DNA from: Psammoneis japonica
Lineage: Eukaryota
DNA length: 64,000 bases
Direction: 5' to 3'
Assembly: GCA_008632985.1 (NCBI GenBank)
Contig: QPGO01000080.1
Span: 310,001 to 374,000 of the forward strand
Positions 26,992 to 38,280 of this stretch are shown here, piece by piece. The notes beneath the pieces were generated by a model. That model saw nothing but the letters and a program-made list of their open reading frames with translations. It was not told the origin of the DNA and did not search any database. Made by a program: the position numbers and the translations under genes. Numbering within the stretch: position 1 is the first letter of the stretch; each line of letters opens with the position of its first letter.

Positions 26992-28922
26992 CGGGGACCC
27001 CCCGCAAGTCTGTACAACCATCCGATGGAGCATTTTTTGCGAGTTGAACGCAACTCTTCTCGTGTTGTCACCGCGGTGACCTTCCTTTGAAGTCTGTTGC
27101 ACACCAACCTTGTTGTGGCTGTCCTGCTGGCGATCCTTTTCGATGAATTGTTTGTTCCACTCCTGTTGCTGACATTTGGTGAAAAGGATCGCCAGCAGAA
27201 AGTGTTTTGCAACAACAACAATTGCGTCTCAATGTCACCGTCACCAATCAGCAGCGACACCCCAAACGCCTCCAAGCCAACTCAAATGGAAGAAAAAGCC
27301 GACAAGTGGAAGCATGCAATCCCGGCAGATGATGCATGGGGCCAGCATGGAAGAAAACCAGGGTTTCAGTGCCATGGGTGAGTCGCAAAATGTCAATGTT
27401 CCTTGTCAGTGTTGCATCAACGTCTCGCATCTCACAAACGTTTGTTTGGTCGTTGCAACTGTCCTGCTGTCAATGCTTTCACATAAGTCGTTTTTTCTGC
27501 TCCTGTTGGTGACATTTGATCGAAAGGATTGATGGCAGCAGGTGTTTTTATGACAACAATTGTTTGTCTCTATGTCGCCGTCGCCAAGCCAGCGACACAA
27601 AAAACGCCTCCACCAGGTCACCCAAATGGAAGGTAAAGCCGATGGAAAGAAATGAAGGAAGAGGCGCAAGCAAGAGACACAGAATGCCCCAAGCTGTTCC
27701 TTTGTTGACAGAGAAGTTTTGAACATGAAAATCACCACAAGCTCTGTCTTTTGTGGATTGGTGGCAACAAACAAACATGCATTCAGTCAGAGGCGCCGGA
27801 AACAAAAAAGGAAAGTCAAGATGTCTCCTGTGGGATGTTCACAATGCCTGCCCATCAGAGAATGACAGTTTGAGGGTTTGAAACATGGTCTGAGCTGGGA
27901 CAACTGCAACTAGAAACACTGCTGTTTGTCAGCATGCACAGCATTCGCCACAACTCTGCATTCCAGGTTTTGATTCTGTGGCTCTCATCCCAGGTTGTGT
28001 CCAACAGAAAGACTCCACAGAGTGTTACATTGGTGTCTTGTGATGGCAATTGCTACAGTGCTTGAGCAACTCCTGCACAGAGAAACACCCAACACACCAG
28101 TCGTGTTGCGTTCTCGCGGATGGGCTTGACTGTGGTCGTTGTCGAACAGAAACACTCTACAAAGCATTGCGTTGGTGTCTTGTGATCATGTGTGAACAGT
28201 TGTTGCTGTGCTCAAGCAACTCCCACACAGAGAAACCGCTCTCAAGCGTCATCCTGCCGTGTGCCGGCACGCAAGGGCATGCTGCTCCACCGCAGCTCAT
28301 TTGCAGAAGCAATCGACTGATCAACCAATTTCTTGCCCGATTCTTTGGATCCGCCATCATCAACAGTCTCGGAATCTGACTCAATGTGACGTGTTTCCGA
28401 ATTGCCAGAAGCATCGGGAGAAGCATGACCTTTGTTCTTCTTGCATGTGCGAGTGGCCTGCTTCTGACAAAGTCTGAATTGCCTCCACCACTGCTGCACC
28501 GTCCTTTTCCCTCGCGTTGCTGAGGAGATGTTTGTTCCCAATCCTTTGAGGAAGACACCCTTCAAAATTCTGTGCATCACAGCAACTGTGTTGGAGTTCT
28601 TCACCCGCCAGAGCAACAGCATGGTGGCACTTGCCTCTGCAGTCGTTTGCTGGGAGGGCAACTGAATTTGATGCGCCTTAGAGGCAGATGAGACATTGGA
28701 CTTGTGGAGTCCTGGAAAGCCACCAGATTGCAGTGACTTCAGCATGAGGTCACTGTCCATCCATGCACATGGAACCGCAGCTGGAAAAGCGGCAATAAGA
28801 AGCCACACGGCCTCGACAATCTCCACAGTTGGTTTGCTGTTTTTGTGATTAAAAAAACATCACGCAGCAACCACGGAGCTGAAGGAGCTACGGACAACGT
28901 ACAGACTTACGGGGGGTCCCCG
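26992..28922. mobile_element. Non-autonomous TIR DNA transposon with TTAA target-site duplication (superfamily uncertain, piggyBac/Kolobok-type target)
   Basis: 24-bp TIR CGGGGACCCCCCG(C/T)AAGTCTGTAC; TTAA at 26988-91 and 28923-26; inserted in the Copia 5' UTR; internal diverged duplications; no transposase recognised. Confidence 0.85.
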
Positions 28923-29703
28923 TTAACGTCACCGTCAAGTCTCCTTGCCGCTGGACATCTGGATTGATTGTGCTGCCTTTTGTCGCTGAAGACATGCATT
29001 CAACGGTCATGTCCAAGTCTATCCTTGATCCTCATCCCTTGACATGCCCATTCAACGGTTAACGGTCAAGAACCCCACATGTTCAAGGATCTTCGTCGCT
29101 GAAGACATGCACACACACATGTCTTCACGGCCAAGAACTTGCACCGACTCTTTGGACTGCGGCTTTGCTGCCACTCTACAAGCACACCAAGTCCACTGCA
29201 CCTGATCTGCCCCGGACCACTGGTGCTCTGCAGTTCTGCCAGGTCCACGAGGACGACTGTGAGAGCAAGCAGCCGTGGTTGCAGCCTGCATTGGGGCGAG
29301 GGTGTTTTCCCACGTTTGTTCGTTCGTCCACAGTGCCTGGCGCCTGCATCAACTGGCCAGCCTGATTGGGAAATCCAACCAACATAAAACAAGAATGGTT
29401 CGGGGGTCTTGTCCACCTCTGGTCAGCTCACCTGCAGGGGTTTGCAACCCGCCACTCCGCTCGCAAGCAACCCAAAGCGCCGCTGGCTGCGGGTTCGGAC
29501 GTGCCGGCACAACTCTGCAGACCGGATGGGAAGTTTAGCACTCAACAACGAATGGGGTGACACAGCCCGGCGACTTCTGATTTTAAGATAGTTCAAGATT
29601 TCAAGTCAAGTCCATTTCAAGTCAAGTCCATTCTCACCCAAGTTTCAAGTCCACCTTCGCGTCCCAACCAGAATCGCTTGTTCTGACACCGCTTTTGTCT
29701 GCC

Positions 29704-32700
29704 ATGGTTCTCACTTGTCAGCAACAAACTGATGGTTTCAAGCACCTTGTTGGAACCGTGCTTGCCCAAGGTGCTGGAAGCCCTCTTGGTTTGGCTTTGA
29801 CCCACGACGGCACGGACTCGCATCAAGAACTCTTCACGTTCACACCGCCCCAAATCGACTCGCTTGAGTGCGACAACGGCGCTGATGTGATCCCTTTGCC
29901 CCGTGGTTGTAAGAACATGTTAGCAGCTCTAGTTAGTCTGTACATTGTCAAAGCACACAAAGGTCTTGATGTTGCCAATGACTCCTCGTTGTTCACGCAT
30001 GAGGATTTCCTTGCCTGCTGCCTCAGCCCCGACTGCATGTCTTCTGTGTCCGTCGGCAGCTCGCCTCTTGCACCTCCGCACGTCACCAACCCGACCAAGG
30101 CACGTGACCTGGTGTGAGACTTCAAGCGAGGTGTCAAGCGTGACCCCACTGCTTTCACGGCTCTCAAATCCGACAAGCAGTGGCACACTTGGCACACCTC
30201 ACTTGTGGCACAAGCCCGTGCCCAAGACGTTGAGTGCATTCTAGACTCGTCGTACAAACCGACCAGCCCCAAAGACAAACTGCTCTTTGCTGAACAGCAA
30301 AAGCACATGTTCGCCGTCTTCGAACGCATCCTTCTCACTGACAAGGGCAAGGCTCTCATTCGCGAAAATGTGGGGTCTTCTGACGCCCAGACCGTCTGCC
30401 GCGCCTTGTCCGAGCATGCGCTCGCCTCCACCCGCGCATCCATCGAGTCCTCCACCTTGCTCACGCACCTCACCACCGCACGTCTTGGTGATGGCACTTG
30501 GAAAGGTCTGACCCACGGGTTCATCCTTCATTGGCAGGATCAGTTGCGCAAGTGCGAGGCACTCATCCCGGCCAGTGACCACTTCTCTGAAGGACAGAAG
30601 CGTGTCATGCTCGAGAATGCCGCACATCCTGTCGAGGAACTCCGCGCCGTCAAGAACCAAGCTGATCAGCATTGCACGCAGAGTGGCAAGAGCCTCACAC
30701 ATGATCAACATTGTGGCTTGCTCCTCTCCGCGGCGGCCCAATGCAACAGCACGTTTCAACCCAAGACGACACCTCGAGCTCCCCAACGCGCCATGTGCGC
30801 ACATGACGTCTGCTCCGAGGAACCATCCGATGATGTGTTCTGTGACATCGACAGTGACATTGACGTCCTTCAGGCTGGCGCTGCCCACACTCGCGGTCCC
30901 AGCCTCACCGGTGACCAATGGAAACGTCTCCCCCCCGACCACCAACGGATTTGGGATTCGTTGCCCCATTCCTCCAAGGCGATCATCCTTGAGCATTCTC
31001 GTCTGCCTCCCCGCAACCCGCGAGCCAGCAACTGCCATGAGTCCGTTGCGGCCAACCTTCACGACCAACGACTTGGGAGTGACGGTGATGTCAACTTGTC
31101 CAACACGACTCCTGCTGACTCTGGTGACCCCGCTCCAAATGTGGATGCCACTTCAGATGATCCCATCCTGGCGCACCTCACCAAGTGCAAGCCACTGCCA
31201 CCCGGTGATCTGCACCGCCTGTTGTCTCCTAACCAAGCCTCCAACGCCAGTCGACCGGGCCCATCCACCACTCCCTCTACCTTGCCTGCTCCCACAGATG
31301 ACACAGAACTTAACGGCCACACTTGCCGCCACGTCAATGACCACAATGTCGTTTGCTCTGCCTCCGCTCATCGCTCCACCTCTCGCCAAGTCGACGTTCA
31401 GGGCATTGACGACCATCAATTGGTGGACATCCCCATTGTCACCACTGGTGCTGTCATTGAGACACAGCGTGGTCCCGTCATCGCCATCCTCCATCAGTGC
31501 GCATGCACGGGAAAGGGCAAGACCATTCACTCCTGCGGCCAGCTCGAATGGCACAAACATGATGTCAACGATCGCTCTGTCAAGGTGCCCAACGGCTTGC
31601 AATGTGTCGCCACCCCTGATGGCTGTGTCACCCCAATTGACATCAAGGGCAGCCTGCCTTGTGTTGCCATGTGACCCTGCACTGACGCCGAATGGGACAC
31701 CCTGCCCCATGTCATCCTTGCCGGTGATGACACATGGGACCCTTCCATCCTTGATCACTCTGTCGCTGACGACAACCAGTGGTGCGACGTGATCTCTGAC
31801 CTGCAGGACGATCCCACTGCTGACCTGTTTGACGAATGCAGCAACTGCCATCACCGTGTCGTTGTCAACAAGGCCATCATGTCTGCCACCTTCTCTGCCA
31901 ATCACGCGTCCGCCCTCGATGACCACCTCATTCCGAATGACGACGTGTTCTGCGAGTGTCATCTACACGCGATTGACCCCAAGGATGACAACGTTCCAAC
32001 CCCGGAGCGCACTGTGCAGCCCAAGGACCCCCCATGCGAGTCTCTTCGGCCTTGCTTTGGTTTCCAACCTGCCGATGCGGTTCGTCGCACTTTTGACTGC
32101 ACCACGCAGTGCGCCCGCATGCCCGCCGGTGCTCACCTTAAGAAGGCCTGAAATTCGCCCAACCCTGCCCTTAATGTCCACCGCCGCAACGAGCCTGTCG
32201 CCACTGACACCATCTGTGCCGACACCCCGGCTGTCGACTCTGGTTGCACCAGCGCCCAACTGTTTGTTGGCACTGAGTCTGCTGTCACTGACGTCTGCGG
32301 CACCAAAACGGACAAAGAGTTTGTCAACACACTCAAGGATCAGATCCGTGAGTGTGGTGCTCCATCCAAACTCATCAGCGACCGTGCTCAAGTTGAGATC
32401 AGCAACAAGGTGCTCGGGATCCTGCGAGCCCTCTTTGTCTCCAGCTGGCAAAGTGAGCCTCACCAGCAACACCAAAACTTTGCCGAACGTTGATGCCAGA
32501 CCGTGAAGCGCATGGCGAACACTGTCATGGACTGTTTCGGTTTGCCTGCCCACACATGGCTGCTGGCGCTCATGCACGTGTGCTTCATGCTCAACCACAC
32601 AGCGTCCCCACGTCTCCACTGGCGCACGCCCCTCGAGACTCTCACTGGCTCGACCCGGACATCAGCCCATTGCTTCGCTTTCACTGGTGGGAACCCGTGT

Positions 32701-35630
32701 GCTTCCACCTCGATGACTCCGGTTGGCCGTCTGAATCCCGTGAGTTGCGTGGACGCTTTGTTGGCATTGCTGAGCACGTCGGCCACCAGATGACCTTCAA
32801 GATTCTCTCTGACGACACTCAGAAGATCCTCTGCCAGTCCAACGTATGATCCGCTGCCACCGATCCTGCCGTTCGAAACCTGCATCTTGATCCTCCTGAT
32901 GGGGAGCCACCTGAACCCATCATCAAATCTCGCCATGACGACAACCCCGTCGATTCACCCGATGGGGAGATCAGGACACCCAAGATGCCAGTTTTCGATC
33001 CGCAAGACATCATCGGACGCACCTTCCTCATGCAGCCACAAGAGGACGGACAACGCCACAGAGCTTGCATCGTCAAGGCCGTCGAAGACCACGAATGGAA
33101 AGTGAACGGCAACCCTGAGCTCACTGGGTTCATCTGCTCTGTCAACAACGACGAATGCGAGGAAGTCCTGGCCCACAACGACATCATGAATCACATTGAG
33201 CAAGAAGACGAAGACACCACTGTTTGGAAATTTCGATGCATTGTGTCACACGAAGGACCTCTGAAGCCTCATGACCCAACCTGGAAAGGCTCAAGCTACA
33301 ACATCATGCTTGAATGGGAAAGTGGGGAGATCACGTCCGAGCCTCTTGCCATCATCGCCAAGGACGACCCTGTCACCTGTGCCATCTGTGCACGAGAGAA
33401 CGGACTTCTCGACACTGATGGCTGGAAGCGGTTCCGCACCATCGCGAGGCGCCAGAAGAAGCCACTCCGCATGGCCAACCAAGCCAAGCTTCACTCCTTC
33501 CACACTGCACCTCGCTACAAGCACGGATGCGAAGTTCCCCGGAACTGCAAACACGCCATGTCACTAGATGAACACAACGGCAACCGCAAATGGGGAGACG
33601 CAACTAATCTCGAGATGGACCAACTCGATGAATATGAAGTCTTTCATGACTGCGGGCCCTCCGAGTCTTCCACTCCTCCTGCGGGACACAAGAAGATCCG
33701 AGTGCACCCAGTGTGCGACGTGAAACACGACGGCCACCACAAGGCACGACTCGCAGCCGATGGGCACCTCACGGACGCACCCATCGACAGTGTCTACTCC
33801 GGAGCAGTCTCCCTCCGTGGCCTTCGGCTGATGGACGCGTTCCAGGTCTAGGTGGGACCACGCACTGCTGAACTGTGACATCGATGGTTTTTTGAATCGC
33901 GTCGTATGTCGCGCACGTACATTTCTACGTGATTTTGGCGAAATTTTGCATCATTTTACAGTGCAATTGTCAGGCGATCCATTCAACAACTTTTAACATT
34001 TTTTTCTTCTACGCCATTCTCGAGTGTCTCAAGAATGGTGCAGGGCAGGCGCATTGTCCAAAACTTCGAGTACGAACAGAGATGTGTGCACTGCAAACTT
34101 GGCCGTTTGTTTTGTGTCAAAGACAAATGCATCCATTAACCAGAGTGCGAACTACAGAGCTCGCACGCAGAATTCTACGGGGCAAATGTCACAAAAAGTC
34201 CCACCTGGGACTGGAACCCGTCGATGATTTTCCTGGCCGAACTCAACGAGTTGGAGACATGGGCCACCGACATTGGCAATGCCCACCTTGAAGCCACCAC
34301 CAAGGAGAAGCTGTGCATCGTAGCTGGACCCAAATTTGGCAAACTCGAAGGCCACATTCTTGTCATCCACAAGGCCCTGTGTGGACTGCGCAGCTCCGGC
34401 CTCTGCTGGCATGAGCGCTTCGCCGACTGCCTGTGAGCTGAAGGTTTCTTCCCCTGCCGCGCCAAACCCGACATTTGGATGCGCAGGAACGGCGACCACT
34501 GCGAACACATTGCCGTTTATGTGGATGACCTCGCCATTGCCATGAAGGATCCTCAATCTTTCATTGATGCTCTCACGGAAAAGCACAAGTTCAAGCTTGA
34601 GGGTGCGGGATCGATTGAGTTCCATCCAGGCTGCGACTTTTCCCAGGATCCTGACGGCACCTTGTGCCTGTCTCCGCGCAAGCACATTGAACGTATGGTC
34701 GACAGCTGCACACGACTGTTTGGGGAGAAACCTGCCACCAACACCCTGTCACCTCTGGAGAAGGGTGACCACCCCGAACTGGACACTTCCGAACTGCTGG
34801 GGCCCGATGGCATTCAACAGTTCCAGTCTCTTGTTGGTTCACTCCAATGGGCAGTGTCCCTTGGTCGAATTGACATTGCCACGGCCGTCATGTCACTCTC
34901 TAGCTTCCGAGCTGCACCCCGTCAAGGCCACTTGGATCGTGCCAAATGCGTCTGTGGGCACCTCTCCAAGATGCGACACGGCGCTCTCCGCGTTTGCACG
35001 GAAGAGCCCGACCATTCGGATCCCCCTGCTCCAGCCCATGAATGGATGCATTCCGTGCACAGCAAGGCAGAAGAGATGATCCCGAAGGATGCTCCACCGC
35101 CCCTTGGCAAGTTCGTCACTGCCACCCACTACGTCGATGCAAACTTGTGCCATTGCATGCTCACCGGACGCTCTGTCATGGGAATGCTCCACTTCCTCAA
35201 CAAATTCCCGGCTGATTGGTTCTCTAAGAAGCAAGCCACCGTGGAGACTGCGACCCACGGGTCTGAATTTGTTGCCGCAAGGACTTGTGTCGAGCAGATC
35301 ATCGACCTGCGCATCACCCTGCACTGCCTCGGCATCCCGATCCGTGACATCAGTCACATGTTCGGTGACAACAAGTTGGTTGTAGACAGTGCCACCATCC
35401 CGCACTCCAAGTTACACAAGCGACACACCGCACTGTCATTCCACCGTGTGCGCGAGGCAATTGCCTCTGGTTGCCTTGAGTTCCACTTCATCAAAGGATC
35501 CCGCAACCCTGCTGACATTCTCAGCAAGCATTGGGGTTGCTCCCAAGTCTGGGACCTTCTCCACCCCCTCATGTTCTGGAACTTCATTCCATCCAAAGTC
35601 GAATCTGTTTCTGTGACTCCTCAAGCAAAC
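29704..35630 (+). pseudogene. Copia gag-pol, with stops, frameshifts and pervasive Y->C/H substitutions
   Basis: ORFs 29695.., 30205..31674, 31789.., 32985..33851, 34224..34436 and 34479..35780 are colinear with a Copia polyprotein. Confidence 0.9.
33834..34222. mobile_element. 389-bp MITE with ~25-bp imperfect TIRs and a 4-bp TSD (possibly Sola-type) inserted in Copia RT
   Basis: Left GACGCGTTCCAGGTCTAGGTGGGAC; right (reverse complement) GACGGGTTCCAGTCCCAGGTGGGAC; TSD GATG at 33830-33 and 34223-26. Removing it restores GLRLM-IFLAELN. Confidence 0.9.
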
Positions 35631-35637
35631 TGGGGAG

Positions 35638-35933
35638 TGACAGGATTTGAACAGGATTTGGGTGCGCGCGAAATGTCGCACGCTGTTCAGTTCACCGCGC
35701 ACAGTTTTGTGTGCTTTAGTTCCGCGCGTTCGCGCGCAATGCAGTTTGCTTTCGAGCCACAAGGCTCACAAGAACAATGACAGCAGCCCCATTGTGCTGA
35801 CTTGCACGTCTTTCAGCTCCTGTGATGGTCTCTGAGCGGAGACTCATCTGCTGTTTAGACAGCAGCAAGGAGTTGTTGTTTGAACTCTTGCCATTTGCCT
35901 TCAATTTCTGTCAGAGAAACAAGTGACCTGACA
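35638..35933 (+). repeat. Copia 3' LTR
   Basis: Follows the PPT; matches the 5' LTR. Confidence 0.92.
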
Positions 35934-38280
35934 ATGCCAAAACCCATCAGAGTGCTGATGGCATGAGCAATGTGCCAAAGAGCTCACTGCAAACAATGAC
36001 AGTGGACAACACATGTGCCAGCAAGAAAGAGCGAGAGAAGATCTCATGGAGATCATCTTGTCCATCTAAAAGAGTCTGACCATCATCCACACACAGTCTG
36101 CCCATGTGTCCTGCACAGAGCAGGCTGACAGAAATCCAGGAGAAAGGAGTGCCTTGCATCAAGTGTGGACTCAAGAACCACAAGAAATGCTTGTTGTGCT
36201 TGGACAATGGCGGCCACAGGTGCTTTGATTGTTGCAGACACAATGAAAAGCAAACCATCAAAAGCTGCATGGCAGCAAGGAGCACAACCACACAAAGCTT
36301 TCACACTTCAGACTGTGTGACACACTGCACCAGGAGCACGTCAATTTGAAGTGCCATGAGTGCAACATCAAGTGGAACAAGAACAACTGCAGAGTGGGTC
36401 ATTTGTGCAATGCAAAAAACCAAAGATGGAGAGTTGCAGGCAGAGGTGCATTGCCAGAAGAAGCAAAAGAAGGACTCTTGAGATGCTTCACAGAGAACAG
36501 GAGGGCAGTGGTTTTGTTTGTGTGGATTCAACTTCAGCTTGTGTGGCATTGCCAGTGATGTTGGCTGAAAAGCATGTGCAGTGGCAACAGCAGAGCAAAC
36601 ATGGCAGTGTTCACAACAGCAAACACAGCACAGTGACTGTTGTTGTGCTTGTGATTTGACATTGAAACAGGCAATGTCAAGTTGCACAACAGGCCCTTGC
36701 ACAGGGAAACAGCGCAAAGGCCAGATCCGCAACCCCAGGTGTGACGTCTGCAAAACGCAGACAACAATGACCAAATTCTCTGACCTTGCTGCTGTGGTGG
36801 TGTTTCCATGATGAGAAAAGATTCTGATGTTGTGAGATGATGTGACACAATGGCATCAAGGTTGTCAATGTTGTTGGAATGTGCATTGTGGAGTGATGTC
36901 ATGGAAAACCAAGTCAAGCAAACAGCCTCAAGATGGAAGCGCACTTGACATGAGATGAAATCAGCAAAAAACTCTCAAGTTGAGGTGTGTCCTCTCTCTG
37001 CATGTGCAGGTGGAGGGATGCTGGACAAATCAGACAAGGGCCGTGAAGAGGGTCCCTTGTGATGGGCCTCATCTTGGGGGGAACGAATTTTCTTTGCAGC
37101 CATCCTGCACGAGTCATGAAGGCATTGCAGGATTCATGCAGGTTGGCATGAACAAAATGCAGATTTGTCACATCAGATGCAGACCATCCTGTGCTGCAGG
37201 CAGGTCAACCCAATGCAGTGATGCAAAACCTGTGTGGAGTTCTTCTCTGACATGGCAGCACAACCAAACACAACAGAGGACAAAGCTGGTGGCTCAGGGT
37301 TGTCAGCACCAGCATCAGGAAAATGGCGCCAGTGACAGTGGCACAAAAAGCATGGGGGGCATCGTTGTGAGTCCAAAGAATGGAACAGGCAAGCAGGGAG
37401 CATGGCAGAAGCTTGTTTGGAAACATGGGAGGGGCTGCAGGGGAGCAAGATGACTCGGCACTCTGCCCACACTGTCAACAACTGGCTCCCGATGGAAGAC
37501 AACTTGGTGTGTCAGAGGCTGGAGTTTCTGTGCACAACATGGCAGTGCCAACAAGGGGCTGGAAGCATGTTCTCAACTTTTGGAGCAATGTTGATGAAAA
37601 GAAAAGGGAAAAAAGGGTGGAGCCCTGGTGGAAAACTTGGCACACCTGCTCCAAATGCAACCCCGCTTTTTGCCATGATTGCCAGCGCAGCGGCGCTTCC
37701 TGGTTTTGTGGGGCAAATGTGCTGAGAAGGATGCTTCACCCACCCTCCACCTGCTGAGGGCTAAAAAAAAAGTGAGGTGGCTTGTGATGGAATGTGTTGC
37801 AACACCGCATGTCTGTCGTGGCAGGTGAGTTTGTTTTTTGTTTGTTTGAGTGTTGAGTGGGAGGTGCGGGTGTCTCAACTGACCATTTTTTCGAATTCCG
37901 AGCGTTGGGTTCAAATTTTCATTGATTCATCATTCAAAGAAATAACACATGAAATTGTTTCATTGATGTCAACCATGACATAAATTTATGCTGATGTTCA
38001 TCTCATAAGACTGTCCAGAAAGGCGCGAAGAACACATTCGATGCTGTACGTGCTGCATCATACAGCAGGTACTGTACTGTACCGTACGGTAGATCCAACG
38101 CTTCAAAAAATTCAAAATTGTTCTTTCAACGCACCGTAGAATCTACAGGATCCCTCATACATTTCTGTCAACGCACGCGAAGTCGAGCACCTTTCAAAAT
38201 TGATCCGGTCGAGTTTGGCAAAGCAAATAATCTTCTCACAAATTGCAAAAATTACAAGAACGCAAACAACGACAAAGGCA

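Larger units (their letters stand above)
26518..35938 (+). mobile_element. Full-length Ty1/Copia (CoDi-like) LTR retrotransposon with two nested TIR elements
   Basis: LTRs 26518-~26813 and 35638-~35933 (TGACAGG...CCTGACA). PPT aaactggggag before the 3' LTR. gag from ATG 29704; IN (ATDTICADTPA, SDRAQVE, SEPHQQHQNFAE); RT (KHDGHHKARL, VYVDDL); RNase H (YVDANL..TGRS, NPADILSKHW). No TSD found. Confidence 0.93.

Noticed and set aside
29585..29655. Short ttcaagtcaagtcca repeats as a CRISPR or satellite array
   Set aside because: There are only 3-4 degenerate units with no spacers, inside the Copia 5' UTR.
5540..35600. Alternative genetic code or RNA editing as the explanation for missing Tyr
   Set aside because: Neighbouring host genes use TAY normally, non-coding LTRs, TIRs and introns are equally affected, and the changes occur on both strands.
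37540..37770. CxxC..CxxC segment (KTWHTCSKCNPAFCHDC) as a piggyBac C-terminal domain
   Set aside because: Cys and His are inflated by the mutation process, and no transposase core or TIR pair could be confirmed.
1400..37900. Hundreds of short Cys/His-rich ORFs as possible metal-binding or novel small proteins
   Set aside because: They are by-products of TA/CG->TG/CA conversion and stop-codon loss in dead transposons.
760..37940. Classical fungal RIP or CpG decay alone
   Set aside because: RIP raises TpA and creates stops. CpG decay cannot turn Tyr codons into Cys/His, and the Copia keeps its CpGs.
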